This document shows, in pieces, positions 1 to 14,185 of a stretch of 64,000 nt of DNA (its first letter is position 1; every line of letters starts with the position of its first letter). Source of the stretch: Euprymna scolopes (Eukaryota). The notes under the pieces are model-generated. The model was not told the DNA's origin and made no database searches. It saw only the letters and a list, made by a program, of their open reading frames with translations. The translations under genes and the position numbers were made by a program. The stretch lies in the NCBI GenBank assembly GCA_053919585.1, contig CM132792.1; one strand, written 5' to 3'.

Positions 1-960
1 ACAAGACTGTCTTACAAATGAGACAAACAAATTTGCAATGGAAATAGCCCAGAAGAGACAGCAAAAATATATGAAGACCTTCCATTGCAGAAAACTAGAA
101 GAATAGACCAACCAACAGCATGCCGAATATTTCCTGGATAGACTGATGTCTCAATCATGATTTGACAATTTACAATATCCTCTTGAAAAATTAGTGACAT
201 ACAAGAGTGGAGAGGCAAAAATTAAAATTGAGCCAATGTCAGATTGAGAGCAACTAACTACAAAGTTATAATAGGTAAATCTTGTATTGTTCAGTGCAGA
301 CTAGCTGACAACAATTGTAGGTAACAAAACTAATAGAAAATTTCTTAGAGACAAAAGGATTAAGGATTAGAAACTGCAAAAAACAAAAAAATAACAAAGC
401 GGAATTCAACCAATGAAACTGAACTGAAGATGATCGTAGCATCTGAAATCATGAAGAGAACAGGCTTAGTAATTGATGAAAACAAGTATAGAGTGATGTC
501 TCCTAATGCTTGTGATACTATCCGACAATAGATCTTGCTGGAGAACTTGGTGTGTGGATATGATGCTATGTTTTAAGGCTGAAAGCCTCCTTAAAGCCAT
601 CTACAAAGTTGCTAAGCAACTGAAAGATGACAGCTTTGCCATATCTTAACTGTTATGTACCAAGTTCAATGATGGAAAGCTTTTAAGAGCTAATTAAAAT
701 TAGTCACCATAAAAAACAACTTTTTCATGTGGTCATTGATTTGGAAAAGCTACATGTTAAGCCACTTAAATATGCAAAGAATCAGTTGATGATTGACCTA
801 ATCCAGAGTGTGTGTGTGTGTGTAGGGGGGGCACAAACAAAATGGCAGCAGATATGAAAAGTTGGATGTCATTCAGAAAATGTCTAACCTGAAGCATCTG
901 ACAAGATAAAAATGAAAAAAAGGATACATAATCTTGCATCATATGATATCATCTACAAGA
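1..960 (+). mobile_element. Highly degenerate LINE (possibly RTE-like) fragment
   Basis: Coding-like, purine-rich composition with broken RT-like stretches; no usable ORF. The family assignment is weak. Confidence 0.25.
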
Positions 961-1318
961 TAAGATTATTTCTATTTATGTGGGTCTAAAAGTTACTATC
1001 TTCTATATGATTGATGAATAAATAAACACATTGACAATAGAAGATAAACGATAGGCTTCCTTTCATGTAGCATCTAACAAAATTTACCCAAAGTGACATA
1101 AAATCACTGAAATCTTATATTAAAACAAAAACTTTAAACTCAAATAAAAATTAATGTCAGACTCTTTGATAAGAACTAACTACTTTTTTAAAACTAAACA
1201 TAATTACATATACAAAATATTAATTTTTTCAGGTAATAGAATTTGTATTCATTAATTTTTTTTTTTTTTTGTGTCTGTTTCTCTGAATTGATTGTACCTT
1301 ATTGATTATGCTTTGCAG

Positions 1319-1444
1319 GTTCCTGGAGATATGGCTACAAATAAAAATCAGTTAATTCTTGAAACGACTGAAAAAGATACAATCACATGTGATATGTCTG
1401 CTTGGCCTCCTGACAGTATTTCACAACTCTCAAAATTACGCGAG
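1319..1444 (+). CDS. Exon of an unidentified host gene (VPGDMATNKNQLILETTEKDTITCDMSAWPPDSISQLSKLRE)
   Basis: T-rich tract and TTTGCAG| acceptor; GAG|GTTAGT donor; 126 nt, phase 0-0; only one of three frames is open. It contains GATATGG, which could be the start codon. Confidence 0.7.
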
Positions 1445-3689
1445 GTTAGTTGCATTTGTTGTCTTCTATTTCTAACGATAAGCTATACTTTATATTCTAC
1501 AATCACAAGTTAAAATAAACTGCAATACTGTATAATATATTTTGTATGTTATATTATATGTAAGAGTTACGCCCCTTTTTATTCAGTTTCATATTTAATT
1601 TAAAAAATGTATTTAATGTTTCTCTTGTAATTGTTTTTTAGGTTTTACTTGGTTTGTGTCTTTATTTTTTAAAAGTGATATATGAATAAGCAGTAGATGT
1701 AATGATTCCATAAATTTGTTAAAGAAAAATATATTCCTGTTATATCTTTAATGCTATAATAAAGACCAATGTTTCTTTGTGTCTCTATCCAGTCATGCTA
1801 AAGTTAGCAATTAAAATGCATATCTTATTGTAACCTCTGTATAAGACCATCTCAACTAGCAAGGGGAAGCGAGAAAGAAAGTAACAAATCAGGCGTTCCC
1901 ACTATCTAAAATGAATTCAGAAATAAATCCTCAACTCTAAATAAAATCAATGCTGAGTGTTTGTTTTCTTTAGGTAATAAGAAATGATAATTTATATAAA
2001 AAATTAAATTACTAATGTAATCTTATGCTTGTATATAAATATTAGTCTGAACACTCAAGCAGAATTTTTTCCCTTCATGATTGTTGCTGGAGTGTGTGTG
2101 TTCATTAATATTAGATATTTGTTATACTTATAAAATTTTTTTTAATTTTCTTGCTTGAGATGATATTGCTTGTATCATAAAGCAAAGAGTTTCTATTTTA
2201 ATGAAGTTTCAGTCTGTCTAACATTAATAATTTTAAGAATGTTATATATTTTTAAACATTTGCATATGATATTATACGGAAATAAATATATAAAGCTTAT
2301 GTTTTTGTTTTCAAGATTGAGGTACTTTATTATATCCACCTATTTAGAAAATATTTTAATATAATCTACCATGTCATCCATCATGTTATAATTAGGGAAC
2401 GATTGGGAATCTTTCATATTTAATTTTTCATGGGTTTGCTATAGCACGATTTTCAAATCGTGCATATAAAACTTTATATTGTGCATTTTTTGCTATATTG
2501 TGATATTTAAAAAAGATTTATATTAGTTTTAAATTTATTTGATGTATTAAATGAAATATGCTAAAACTAACATGAAATAGCAATCATATATATGTATATA
2601 TAAGTGTGTTTATGATCTTAGACTCTGCAGTTCTAATGTTGCAATTTCAATGAAAATTTAAAAAATTGTTTAAAATGTATATAAAACTCAGTGTCTGTGT
2701 TTTCTATAGTACGAATAGTTAGATAATTTATATAAAATCTAGAAGTACATTTTCGGTAAAATTTTTCAGGAGAAAAACAATGGAAGTGTTCCCGAATCTC
2801 CATGTTCACCTCTAAAAATCTTCTAATATATCCTGTTTAAATGAAATTTATATTATAAAATTCACCAGTGAAGACAATAGAAGTCCCAAAATTTCTACAT
2901 TATCCATTATGTGCTGAATCAGAATCCCTTTAAAATTTCAAGTGTGTATATCTCATTTTAATGAAATTTAAATCATAGACGCGAAACACTAGTTCAGAAA
3001 GGTTTCTAACATTTCTACTTCATCTGATTCAATTAGGGAATAAAACAAGAAAAGAGTAGTAAAAATAAAGTTATATGGTGTTATGAGCATAGTGATGAAA
3101 TACATAATTCTCATTTAATTCCAAGCAACATTGAGTCTTCTTGCTAGTAAGTAAATGTGTGGGGAAGGTTAATAAGTGTGAAGATGTTGTAGAATGGTTT
3201 AAAATATATTTAAATGTGTCGTAAATAATCATGTTTCAGCACTTCTTCAGAATTAGAATGAAAATCAAGTTAAATTGAATTTTCATTTAAAAACGGTGGT
3301 ATATATTTACTTTTTTATGTCAGTTTCAACTAAAAGCAACGTTATCTACTTAATTGCCATGTCACAAATAGTTAAATATTACTGCATTATTATATAAAAC
3401 ACCTATTTTCATGATTTCATGATGCAGTGATTGACCATATGTTTTCGACATGCACTGTAAACACAAGGGAAGTAACTCATAGTTTGGAATATTAATAACA
3501 ATTTATTAAAATAAAAACGTAATAACAAAATGAACATTTGCATATTTTGATCTTTTTCCTTTTTTTTTTTTTAATTTTTTTAATATAAAAATAACTTTTA
3601 GAATAAACATAAAATAAAGTGAACATAAATACATTTTTGAGGTAACTGTTCAAATTGTTTTGTCTTTTTTTTAACTGGATAAAGTACTT

Positions 3690-4420
3690 TGAACTGAAGA
3701 TGCTCTCAAGTGGGCTATTGCTGAATTTTTGTCACCACATAAACTCAGCTAGATATGAGTCCATCATTTGCGTGAGAGTACCACATTCGGCCTTGTTCTG
3801 TTTCTTTGCTTCAAGCCACATTCACTGAATAGGTTTGTGATAGAATCCACAAAATGAGAATGGTGATTAACTCAGATTGTTATGCCTTCCAGCAACAGAG
3901 ACTATTGTTGTCCCTGGTTTCACAAAACGTTTTATTAGTGGAATCTCTAGAGGAATGGTAACAAAAAAAAACTAATTTTGTGATGTTTTCATAGCCACCA
4001 AAAACCCATAACTTCCATCGCACACATCCAGTGTTGTCTTTTTATAGAATACTTTCTTCTATCTCTGTAGTGCAACCTTCACCGCTAATTAGTTGGTGTT
4101 TGTACTCTTCACACAATTTACACATGGACATGCACCAATCTATGATAGTGTCTTGTGACATCATATTACATTCAAGCCTCACAATTTTATATGAAGCTCT
4201 TTCATATGCCCAATAATATATAAATAAAAGTAAACTGTACAGCGGTATGTTGGCATCTGAAAAAAAAAAGTTACCGTTCTGTACGGATAAAGTCTTTTGA
4301 TATTTATACTCCCATAAGAATCTGTCACTTGTTTGGGTATCATTTGCATTTCTCTCTGCAAGGAACACAATTGCAAACCTGACAGAAGTCCATGCACCTA
4401 AAGAAAATCTATCAACCTGC
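3690..4420 (-). mobile_element. Merlin (IS1016/IS1595-like, ISXO2 domain) DNA transposon remnant
   Basis: Minus-strand translation across frameshifts gives TIIDW...GEGCTTEIEES...LWVFGGYE...IPLIKRFVKPGTTIVS.CWKA...VNH.SHFVDSIT...MMDSYLAEFMW, the Merlin DDE motif series; multiple stops. Confidence 0.85.
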
Positions 4421-4631
4421 ATTTAATACTTGAAAAAAAAAAAAAAAAATCCTTCAATTCAAAGTATTTCAAAGTTAATTTCCAAATTTTTCTGGAATTG
4501 GCCTAAGCAAAAAGTTATCAAGAATTAGAATAAGACAAACAACAGTTACCTCCCCTACTACGATGCAAAAGCTTCTGTTAATCATTTAAGTAAAACTTGC
4601 AATTTATTTTGAAAACTATTTTCATTAATAA

Positions 4632-5111
4632 TACTGTGCAACAGTCAAAATGTACAGAATATCAGTGGCCATTTTGATATGCGTAACGGCATGGAAAATT
4701 CATTTCTGGCCTTTTTGTCACATTAGGTAGTTTTTTGCAAAATTGTCCCTTTCGAGAATTTTCCAAAGAATCTTAGTAATGTGAGTGATGAACATGGTGA
4801 AAGATTCCACCAGGATGTTTCAGCGATGAAGAAATGTTTTAAAGGGCAATGGAATCCTGGCTTGTTGGCAGATTACTGCTGCAATATAAAAGGGGGCGGA
4901 TGACGCTCAACATAAGGTCAAGAGGATAAATGTTGTTTAAATTGACACTTCTGTGTTTTTCATTCATGATAATAATGATTTATAGTATATGAAAACTGTG
5001 CCTAATCTAGAGAACTAAAATTTAGATTTAGTATCAGGAAACTTTTCTTACACCAAAACAGATCTTATGTGGCATGTATGTTTTTTTTAACCTGAAATTT
5101 GTTGCACAGTG
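4632..5111 (+). mobile_element. Internally deleted Chapaev3-type (CMC) DNA transposon
   Basis: TIRs (T/C)ACTGTGCAACA...TGTTGCACAGTG flanked by TAA on both sides (4629-4631, 5112-5114). 4751-4903 encodes NFPKNLSNVSDEHGERFHQDVSAMKKCFKGQWNPGLLADYC, the Chapaev3 transposase C-terminal motif. Confidence 0.8.
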
Positions 5112-5674
5112 TAAGTAATTTTCTACCTTATCATTTTTTGTAATTTTTGGTTGTTTCACTAATTTCGATAGACAATTAAGTATACCATTGATTTTATTCG
5201 AAATTCAACATTTCGATTTTCGTTCTGCTTCCAAAGAAGCGCCTTTATTTCTACTTAATGGATTTTCACTGATTGTGGGTGATGCATTAACTATGATAGG
5301 TGAGTGGAGAACATTACATGTAAAGAACAACTATTTGGAATGTGGTTTCTGGAATGGATTATTTCCTTTCACATTATAGCAACTTACTTTATAAATGAGT
5401 ATGCTACTCCTGTGTTATATCTAGATGAAATGTGGCTACTGAACAGAAAGTAGCAAGAAACCTGTATGATGTATTTGCTTGTTTGGGAAATTCATCCAGT
5501 AATTTTATATTTTGGAAATTTCCATTTTTATTAATTTTGCTGCTGTTCTCAACATTATGAAAGTCAAAGACGATTCAATCTTATAGAAGAGAAAGAGATT
5601 TAAAATAGAATCAAATACAAAAAAGGTATTATCCTGATAATGGCGACAATTTATTAAGAAAAGTCGAATTTATT

Positions 5675-8600
5675 TTATAAAAATAAAACTACTGGATAAA
5701 TTTTTGTAAATTTTGATGAACAGTATTTTACCTCACAAATATGTAACCATCCGTTTTTGATGCAATTAGAGATATATTTGCATACTTTTTTGGCTTGGGT
5801 AGCAATAGTCAGCTGTTTTAGGTGTTTATCGTTGGCAGGTAGCGAGCTCATTATGGCATGTACAAATGCTGCAGAGTTTTCTTCAAGGTCTCTATCCAGT
5901 AGCTCTTGACAAAACATTGGCAGAGTATAGTTCTTTGCATGGGACATGGCAAATGATACACTCATAATGTATTAAATGCATGCAGAATCTTTGTATTCTT
6001 GCTGGAAGTTCACTGATGTCTTTGCCTCTCAGTAGAGATACAAGTGGCTTGTGATCTGTATCTATGTGGAAGTTTAGGCCAATGAGGTAATCTGCGAATC
6101 TATCACATGCCCATGTTATTTCTAGGGCTTTTTCAATCTGCGTAGCGTCTTTCAGTTTCTGACATAGTCTGTAATGCATACACAATGCGGTGTATTTAGC
6201 TGTCATCTTGAATTTGTAACAATACAGCTCCTAGACCATGAGAGGATGCATCTACTGTTACTATGGTTCTTCTTCTTGGGCTGTATAATAACAGCACGGG
6301 GGCTGCATATAATGCTGACTTGATTGCATTGAATGTAATGTTTTGTGTCGTTTCCCAGATGGTGTTTTTTTTTTTTTTTTTTTGCTTACTAGATTGCATA
6401 GAGGTTTTTGTCATCTCTGCCAAATTTAGGATGAATTTGCCCATTTTATTGACCATCCCCAGAAATCAGCGGGTTTCAGATGTCTGTTAGTTTTCGGAAG
6501 TTTGCAATCCCAGTAACTCTTTCTGGATCTGGTTGTAGGCCCTCAATGAAGATCTGTCCCAGGAATTTGTGATGATTTCAATATCTCACATTTGTTATGG
6601 TTAAGTGTGATGCCTGCTGTTTTGATTCTCTTGAATGTTGCCCTCAGTCGGGTATCGTGCTCACATTGGTTCCTGCTGTATACTAGTACGTCTGTCCCGC
6701 ATGCATATGCCCCCCCCCCCACCATCTATATTGGCTAGTATCTTTTGCATGCATTTTTGATAGACCTCACTGGCTGATGAAATGCTGAAGGGGATGCGAT
6801 TAAATTGGTATCTCCCAAACGGACTGATGAAGATAGTGCGCGAGAGTTTTTGAAAGTGTAATTTGCCAGTATCCACTGTTAGCATCCAATTTACTCATTA
6901 CTTTAGCTTCACCCAGTTGAGCCAATAGGTGGTCAACCGTAAGTAATATGTGTAACTCATGTTTTACACTTTTGTTTAGTTTGGTGAGGTCAACACATAT
7001 TCTGACCTTCGCATTTGATTTGGGAACCATTGCCCTGGATGAGCACCATTCACCATGTTTCTCTACTTTACTGATGACCCCCATTCCTCCATCCTCTGTA
7101 GTTTTGCCTGTGTTTCTTTCATTAGAGGTAATGGTATATGATGTGATGTTGGAATGGAATAAGGTTTTAGAGGGATATCGTATTCTCTAAATTTGCCTAG
7201 ACCAGAGAATAATTCAGGTATTTCGCATCTTAGGTCATAGGCTTGTTGTGAGTTCTGTTTGATGCTATGTAAACTCTGGTGTACCGTGACTAGTTTCAGG
7301 GCTTCAATGGCTGGTCTGCCAAGTAATGGTTGTACTAGGTTGAGGATAACAAATACTACTTGTTCTGTTTGTTTGTTGTGGTCAGCAATTGTTACAATTA
7401 TTTTAAATTATTTTCCCTGTAACATGCGTTGTGGATTGTGGAGGGATTGTTTGGCAGTTTCGAGACATGGTATACCTTTTATTTCTCTGTAGACATGGGT
7501 TCAAGGATCGCTGCAACGTCTGTGCCAGTGTTCAACTTAAACTTTAGAGGGTTCCAGTTAACATGTAGAATGACTCGCCAGGGCCTGTTGTTGGTCACTT
7601 GGTCTTTTTAAGACACCTAGGAAGGCATTTTGTTTGCCATCACTGTCAGGAGTTATATTGTACCTCATGTACATTCTTTGTTTTCTAGCATTGGCTGAAA
7701 TGACCCACAGCTTCACAGTGATAAGTAGGTGCTGTGGCGGGGCATACATGCCTTGGGTGGCGTTTCTTGTCTCTGTATCTTAGACACCACGTCACTGGTT
7801 GTTATGCTCATGGAGAATGTTTTTATTTAGTACGGATTCCCATAGACAGTATTCTTATTGCAATTGCAGGAACGGGGGCTCTCCCTTGGAACTTGTGGTA
7901 TACTTTTTCCAGTTTATTTCTGTTACCTATTGCATGGACATATGTATTGTTCTCGGCTAGGTGTTCTTTGAATGGGTTTTCTGATGACCTCAATAAATGT
8001 TTTTGCTTCTTCATAGCTTCATTTTAGCATGCGCATGTTATAGCATCTTCTAGGGTAAGGTCTGAGATCGCTTGTAAGGTTTCTGTCTGAACACCCGATA
8101 ATTATCCAATCTCTGAGGCTATTGTAAAGATTTCCAAATGCAGTTTTTTGCAAGAATCTTTAGTTCCATGACAAATGAATCAATCGACTCGCGTTCATGT
8201 TGGAATCAGCTGTTAAATCTAGCTCTGTTGTACACTGCGCTTGTTGTAGCTGTGAAATGTCTGTTGGACCTTTCTTTGACCATGTTGAATATTTACAATT
8301 CTTCTAGGGAAAGGTTGTGTCTAGTATATCCTCCACTTTAGTGCCCATGCAATAGATTGAGTCGGTTTTCTGGTTGTTTGTCTAATCCTGATACTGTTCG
8401 ATATCTTAAAAATCTTTTAATCAATTTTACCCACTATGCAGGTTGGTCCAAGTTAAACTGTTCCAGTTGGGTAATTCCATTGCTACTCATTTTCTATTTT
8501 GGTATTTCATTTTTTGTCTTTACGTTCTACATTCGTTTTAAATGATTTCAAACATTTCAGTGTGTAGTGTCTCACCTTTTTGTTCTTTTTTAAATCCAAT

Positions 8601-8758
8601 CTGGCACCATGTTGTGTTTGTACGGTTGAGATATAACAGAAACATGTCTCCTTAAGACCCCAAAATGGCGATTGCCAGAGGGTCGTTCTATTCCACAAGA
8701 AAGGAGTGATGTCATTCAAGGAACGTAACTTTGGGTGGCGTACTAGCCAGATACAACA
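5675..8758 (-). mobile_element. Degenerate Ty3/gypsy (Mag-like) LTR retrotransposon: 5' LTR, PBS, gag, protease, RT and RNase H; truncated before integrase
   Basis: Frameshifted ORFs carry KVRICVDLTKLN, KLDANSGYWQI, PFGRYQFNRIPF, VDASSHGLGAVLLQ and TDHKPLVSLL. The LTR is at 8610-8758 with TGTTGT...ACAACA termini, followed by PBS TGGTGCCAGA (8600-8609, minus strand). Confidence 0.9.
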
Positions 8759-9459
8759 GCCACATATCTTGTCTTACCTTTTTTTTTACTTTTGGCAAAT
8801 AACTTCAAACTCCTAACAATTGGAACAGATGCTTTGGGCCTGGACAGAAAAGTATTTTTATGTTTAAATTAAGTAGACAATATATAGACTGTAAAATAGT
8901 CTTATTTTTTGTGGTAAAATGTAATAGCATTCATTAGTTATAACATAAGTTGAGATCTGTATTCTCAATTGTTTTTTTGCTCACATTCTTACTTAGTTAA
9001 ACATGATTGCCACGTCAAGTGTACTGCTTCCTATTTTCAAAAAAACAAAAAAAAACATTGATGAATGAAAGACCGTAGATCAGCAATAATGTACCATCCC
9101 TGATACTATATTGCCATCACTGTCTTGAAATACCAAATCTTGCTTATAATTATTGTAGTTTAAAACTTCAAGGACTATCTGTTGATGACATATACCGATC
9201 TGTATGAAAGACTTTGTTAATTGATGTTAGAAATTGTGATTTTAAAAAGCTGTGCATTCAGCTATATAGTACTGTAAACAAAATAGTAGGCTTAATTTGT
9301 CAACATCACTGCTACAAATACCAGAACACTTCCAAGTTTTAAACCAATTTTCCCATTGTTTTGAGCCTTTTACACTGAGATCAGTCTAACCTTTTTGTCT
9401 AAATAATTATTTCATCTTCTATATACCTCAAAGTTTTATATTAAATGGATTATTATAAA

Positions 9460-9950
9460 CTAGCGGGGGTACTCGCCATTTCCCGGGTGTTTGGAGGTGT
9501 GTGTATAGGGGGGGGGAGTAAAGAATAAGCGAAGTAATAACCCTGTTTAAATATTAAAAAAAAAACGATGTTAAACTTAAAAAAAAAAAATCGGAAAAAC
9601 CAAACCCCCCCCAAAAAAACAGCGAACAAACTTAAAACTTCTTTAAAAAAGAAATCGGAAAAACAAAAACGAAAGATCAGGGAAAAAAATGAACGTTTTC
9701 GGAAAAAAAAAAACACAGCGAAAAGCGAAAAAAAATGGCATAAATAACCCTTCAATTCGGTTAAGTCCATGGTGCGTTTCACCCAGTAGAAAGCATAGAA
9801 CGAAAAGGAACATTAAAATTCCATTCCAGTTTTTTTAAGCAACTACGAAGTGAAGAAAACCCAAACCGGCGTTCCTTCGTAATTGTCCTTTGTGAACGAT
9901 CCCGGAAACAGTGTAAGTGATGGCGGGGAAAGGAGGAATTAATTAGAGAG
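9460..9950 (-). mobile_element. Non-autonomous Helitron, 3' part
   Basis: On the minus strand it ends in a degenerate CCCGGG...hairpin followed by ACCCCCGCTAG|T; strongly similar to 56995-57290. The 5' boundary is uncertain. Confidence 0.7.
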
Positions 9951-10166
9951 AAAAGATTTTACTACTTCCATTGATTTTAACCAATTGTGGCAGTCAACTC
10001 TCAGCAGAAAAAATATAGGAATCTACGATTATCAAGGAAGTGAAGAGGTAATATGCCTATAACACACCTCAGATATTGTGCTGCAGTTTGTGCATATTAC
10101 ATTTGCATTGAATGTCTTGATTTTTAATCCTATTAAGGTCAAAATCATAGGGGGAAAAATGAGTTC

Positions 10167-10172
<6 letters not shown>

Positions 10173-10228
<56 letters not shown>
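10173..10228. repeat. (TA)n microsatellite
   Basis: Perfect TA run. Confidence 0.95.
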
Positions 10229-10231
<3 letters not shown>

Positions 10232-10299
10232 AAGAGACCATCTTTATTATAAGGTTCCTTACTTACATAAAATATAAGTTGAATAATTATAATTTTTTT

Positions 10300-12215
10300 T
10301 ATTATTTTGCCACTTGAGGATAAGGGTTAATGAGTGTATGGTAGTCATTGAGACAAAAGTGTATTAATAGTAAGTGGTGGAAATTGGGTAAAATTAGATT
10401 ATTTAGGAGGTGGCAGATCAACAAGAACTTGTTTACATTGGACTTGTAGTTCGCTGGAAAAACAGGTCAGTGGAACAGTTCCACAGGCGAGCAGTTCTAG
10501 GAAAGAAGCTTTGTTCATAGAATTTGCGTTTTAATGTAGGCACAGATAGAGGGAGGGAAACTTGATGTTCGTTAAAGCTAGATGATTGTTTTTTGTGAAA
10601 GTTTGACAGGGTGGGGGGACCATAGATTCAAACTAAACTGCGAATAAAATAGCGATGCGGCAGAGACAGGCTTGCAACATCTCTTCTGTGGGAAAGAGGT
10701 TGCAGGGAAGAAAAAAGGACATTACATAGGTTACAAAGTCAGTTTTGAACTTTGTCAAGGCGGGATAGGATCTTCCAGCAGCTTCCACTCAGATATGGCA
10801 ACAGTAATCAATTTTAGAACATGATTCTTATACAAGTAGAGGATTGCGTGGGGAGTTAGATACTTTCTGGAGTGGTAAAATGACACAAGCATTTTTCTGG
10901 TGACCTTGACAACAGATTTGATTTTCATTTCAAGTCAGGAGTAAAGGTCAGAACTAGTTTTTCAAAATAGGGAGCCTCTTTTAGATAAGAGCCATTCATA
11001 TCAATTGGGGTTAAGTACAGATCAAAGCATTTATGGTGAAAAGATAAAAGCTTGGTTTTGAATGCGTTAAAATTAACCACTTTTTACCCCATTGCACCAC
11101 ATGCTCAAGGTCTGGAGAGAGAGAGATTTGGAGAGATCTTGATAGTTATTGGCCTTTTGAAGTGTTGCCATATCATTGATCAAGGTAAAGAGTGGGCCCA
11201 GGATGGATCCTTGAAGCATGTCCATATTGATACTTTGAGCTTCAAACTTTTGCGTATCAATGACTAGTTGCATAAACCTATCAATGAAAAGATTCAATGG
11301 TTAAGAAGACATTTTCAGATATTCCATCATTGAAAATCTTGTGAAGTAGACTTTTGTCAAGAGCTATTACTCTTGAGAGAAACCCCTATCAAGAGATTCA
11401 CTGATCTTATGTGAAATTAGTCAGTACCTCAGCTGTAGATCTCACCAGATGGAAACTATGTTGCTTGTCACTGAGTAGGTTGTTTTTACTGAGGTGGTTG
11501 ATAATTTCTCTATTTAAGATTCAAGCATGACATACAGAAGACTAATTGGTCTTTACTGAGATGCAAAAGACTGATCATCACTATTTTTCAATATTAGACA
11601 AACTAATGACATTTTCCAAGGTGTTAGGAAGCATTTCTCCTTATGCACTGATTTAACAGTTTTGCAAGAATAGGTGCTAGTTCTGGTTGCAGCTTTAGGA
11701 GTACTATAAGTAGAATATTGTCAGAACCTGTTGTTTTGCTGGCATTAAGGTTCTTGAGTGTAGTAATATCACAGATATGTGGACGTCACTCATATTTTCA
11801 GTTTTGGGAGGAAATTTGGAAGGTAGGAGACCCTGATCTCATAGGGTTGAGTTTGCTGTAAAGTCCTTGACTAAGAGTTTGGCTTTGTCAGATGTTGATG
11901 AAATCACCTCAGGCCTATTGATGATGGTCAGATTAGGGGACACACATCTATTTAGGACCTTGTTTACTATTCACCAAAACTCGTGAGAACCAAGCCTCTG
12001 TTCTACTTGGACTTGGACTGAGCATATGGCACTCTTGAGTTTTCTGCGATCCTTTTGCAATGATTGCTGACGGTTCTATAGGTGACTTTAGTTTTAAAAC
12101 ATCTATTACATTTAAAACAATTGAAGTAATAGTTTCTGTGTGCAATTACGGCAGCATATTCAGGAGTGTACCATGTTCTGTTACTGAATAGATGGTTATT
12201 AAATCTGTTCAATAC
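10300..12215 (-). mobile_element. 5'-truncated degenerate CR1/L2-group LINE (family A-like)
   Basis: Fragments QGSILGPLFTLIND and WYTPEYAAVIAHRNYYF; 3' UTR similar to 37630-37690. Confidence 0.85.
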
Positions 12216-14185
12216 GGTTTCAAAGAAAAACAGTTCCTGAAATTAAGTACAGTCTCATAAGTGCTATCTCCTTCTATTGCTGGTCTTTTCATTAGACACT
12301 TTTAGTTTACTTTTAGTTGTAGTGTGATCAGCATGGACCAAAAGGTACCATTCCATTTTTGGTAGTTTTAACCATATTTGCAGAACAAAAATATTCAGTG
12401 CTGTGTTATTTCTTTTGTATCATATTGGCTCATCTGTTGCAGTTGATAATAAATATTTTCAACTTTTTGTCTTTCATCGGTAGACTAAACAATTCATGAA
12501 GAATTAATGGGTTTAATAATTTAACAAGTAGGTAGATAGATTTCAGCTTTTTAATTTTTAGATGAAGCTTTTTGATCTCATTTATTCAGTTCTTCCATTT
12601 GATTCTGAATAGAACTTTTGTAATGGATGCAACCAATTTTCAAAAATGTTCTTGAAATTTAGAGATTTATTTAACACTAAAACAGGAAATGACCTTTATT
12701 TGATCTGTTGTCAAATGTCTCGTAGGAGCATTAAAATGTTCCGTCCTTTTCTATACGAATCTACAAAAATATTATCAAGGTCCAGTAAGCTATTGTCAGT
12801 TTTTTCTTTATTTTCTTATTATAGCTTCCTGTATTTTTCTCCAGACAACAACAACAACATACCGTTTTCTGTTCAATCAAATTTACTTATACATTGTTTG
12901 GCAATGTTCTAGACTGATGTTATTCAAGCATCTTTTTTTTTTTTTTTTTTTGCAATTGATTCTGTGTGCGTTTTTAATGAAGCATGTGACTTAATTAATG
13001 CTTGGTATTTTGATTACTTTGACCTGTTGAATTATCAGTATTAAAACACATCATTGCAGATGAGTTTCGCAGACTTCATAGTTGTCCCATCATGTTTTAG
13101 GCACAAAAACATTAACAAGGTCCATTAAGCAATCATAAATTTAGTTTTTTTTTTGTTTTGTTTTTTCATAATTCCCTTATTTATTATAGCTTCCTGTATT
13201 TTCTAATATATCACTGATGATTTAAGCTACATGACTGGTTGAATTGCCTGAAATCATTAAGGTTTTCACTTCAGCTTTACTACCAGCTTTTCACTGTCCT
13301 TCAGTTTTTTTGACATTTCTTTTAAGGTAGCATCAAAGCAATGTATCTATTTTTGCGACCATGTTAGGAACAATGAAATGATCCTCTAATGTTAATAAAC
13401 CATTGATGGTTAACCAAAATTAAAATTCTGCAATATAAAAATCTGTAATTGTTGCTCTTCCCATGGATTATATCTATATGATATGTTTAACTTATTCTGT
13501 AGTCACATATTGGATTTTGTCTAACAAGATTTATCTTGTCAGGATATTTCATGATTATTTTTAGACTTGTTTCAGCTGATTGATTAATTTACTACTATGT
13601 GGTGACTGGACGTGCTATACTTCTGTTCTTTGCAAGGAATGTGTAATTGAAAGATCTATACAGAGTGGCTGTCCTTGACACATTGCCTCAGTGAACAGAG
13701 ATTATATTGTTCTAGTCCAGTTACCATGTATCTATTTAGTTTGTATTTTTACGTCTAACAGTACAACACTTTATACTCAACCTAAATTTACAATTTATGA
13801 ATAAACTGAAACTAATCGATATTTTGACACTTTAATTTCTCAGTCTTTACTAGCCGTCCAGGGATAGGAAACCTATTTCAAACTGTTGAAATATTTGATT
13901 ACATGTTACAATTATAATCAAAGTAAATATGGAGGTAAAGTAAGTTTTGTTTCACTTAGAGAAAGTTAAACTGTATCCGAAACTGCACTTTATAACATTT
14001 CTCTGATTTCATATTACAAATAAGTTGCTAAATATTGATTACAAAGATGTGATCTACATTAGAGCTTTTATTTACTTTTTTTTTTTTTTTTTTTGAATAC
14101 TTTTTCTTTTTTCACTTTTAACTGAAATACACTTTGCTACTGTTTTATCTTGATCTTCAGCACATTGGATATAAGGTTTTATATA

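Noticed and set aside
3690-4420. Bacterial IS1595/IS1016 contamination or recent HGT
   Set aside because: Heavily decayed, AT-rich and embedded among eukaryotic repeats; best explained as a eukaryotic Merlin relic.
9453-10317. Phe-rich and IYIY ORFs (also 43134-43485, 48508-48759, 57008-57313, 61809-62000)
   Set aside because: Translations of poly-A/T tracts and (TA)n microsatellites.
12817-13204. Direct repeat of about 24 bp (TTATTATAGCTTCCTGTATTTT) as an element boundary
   Set aside because: No TIRs, tail or coding signal between the copies; the origin cannot be determined.
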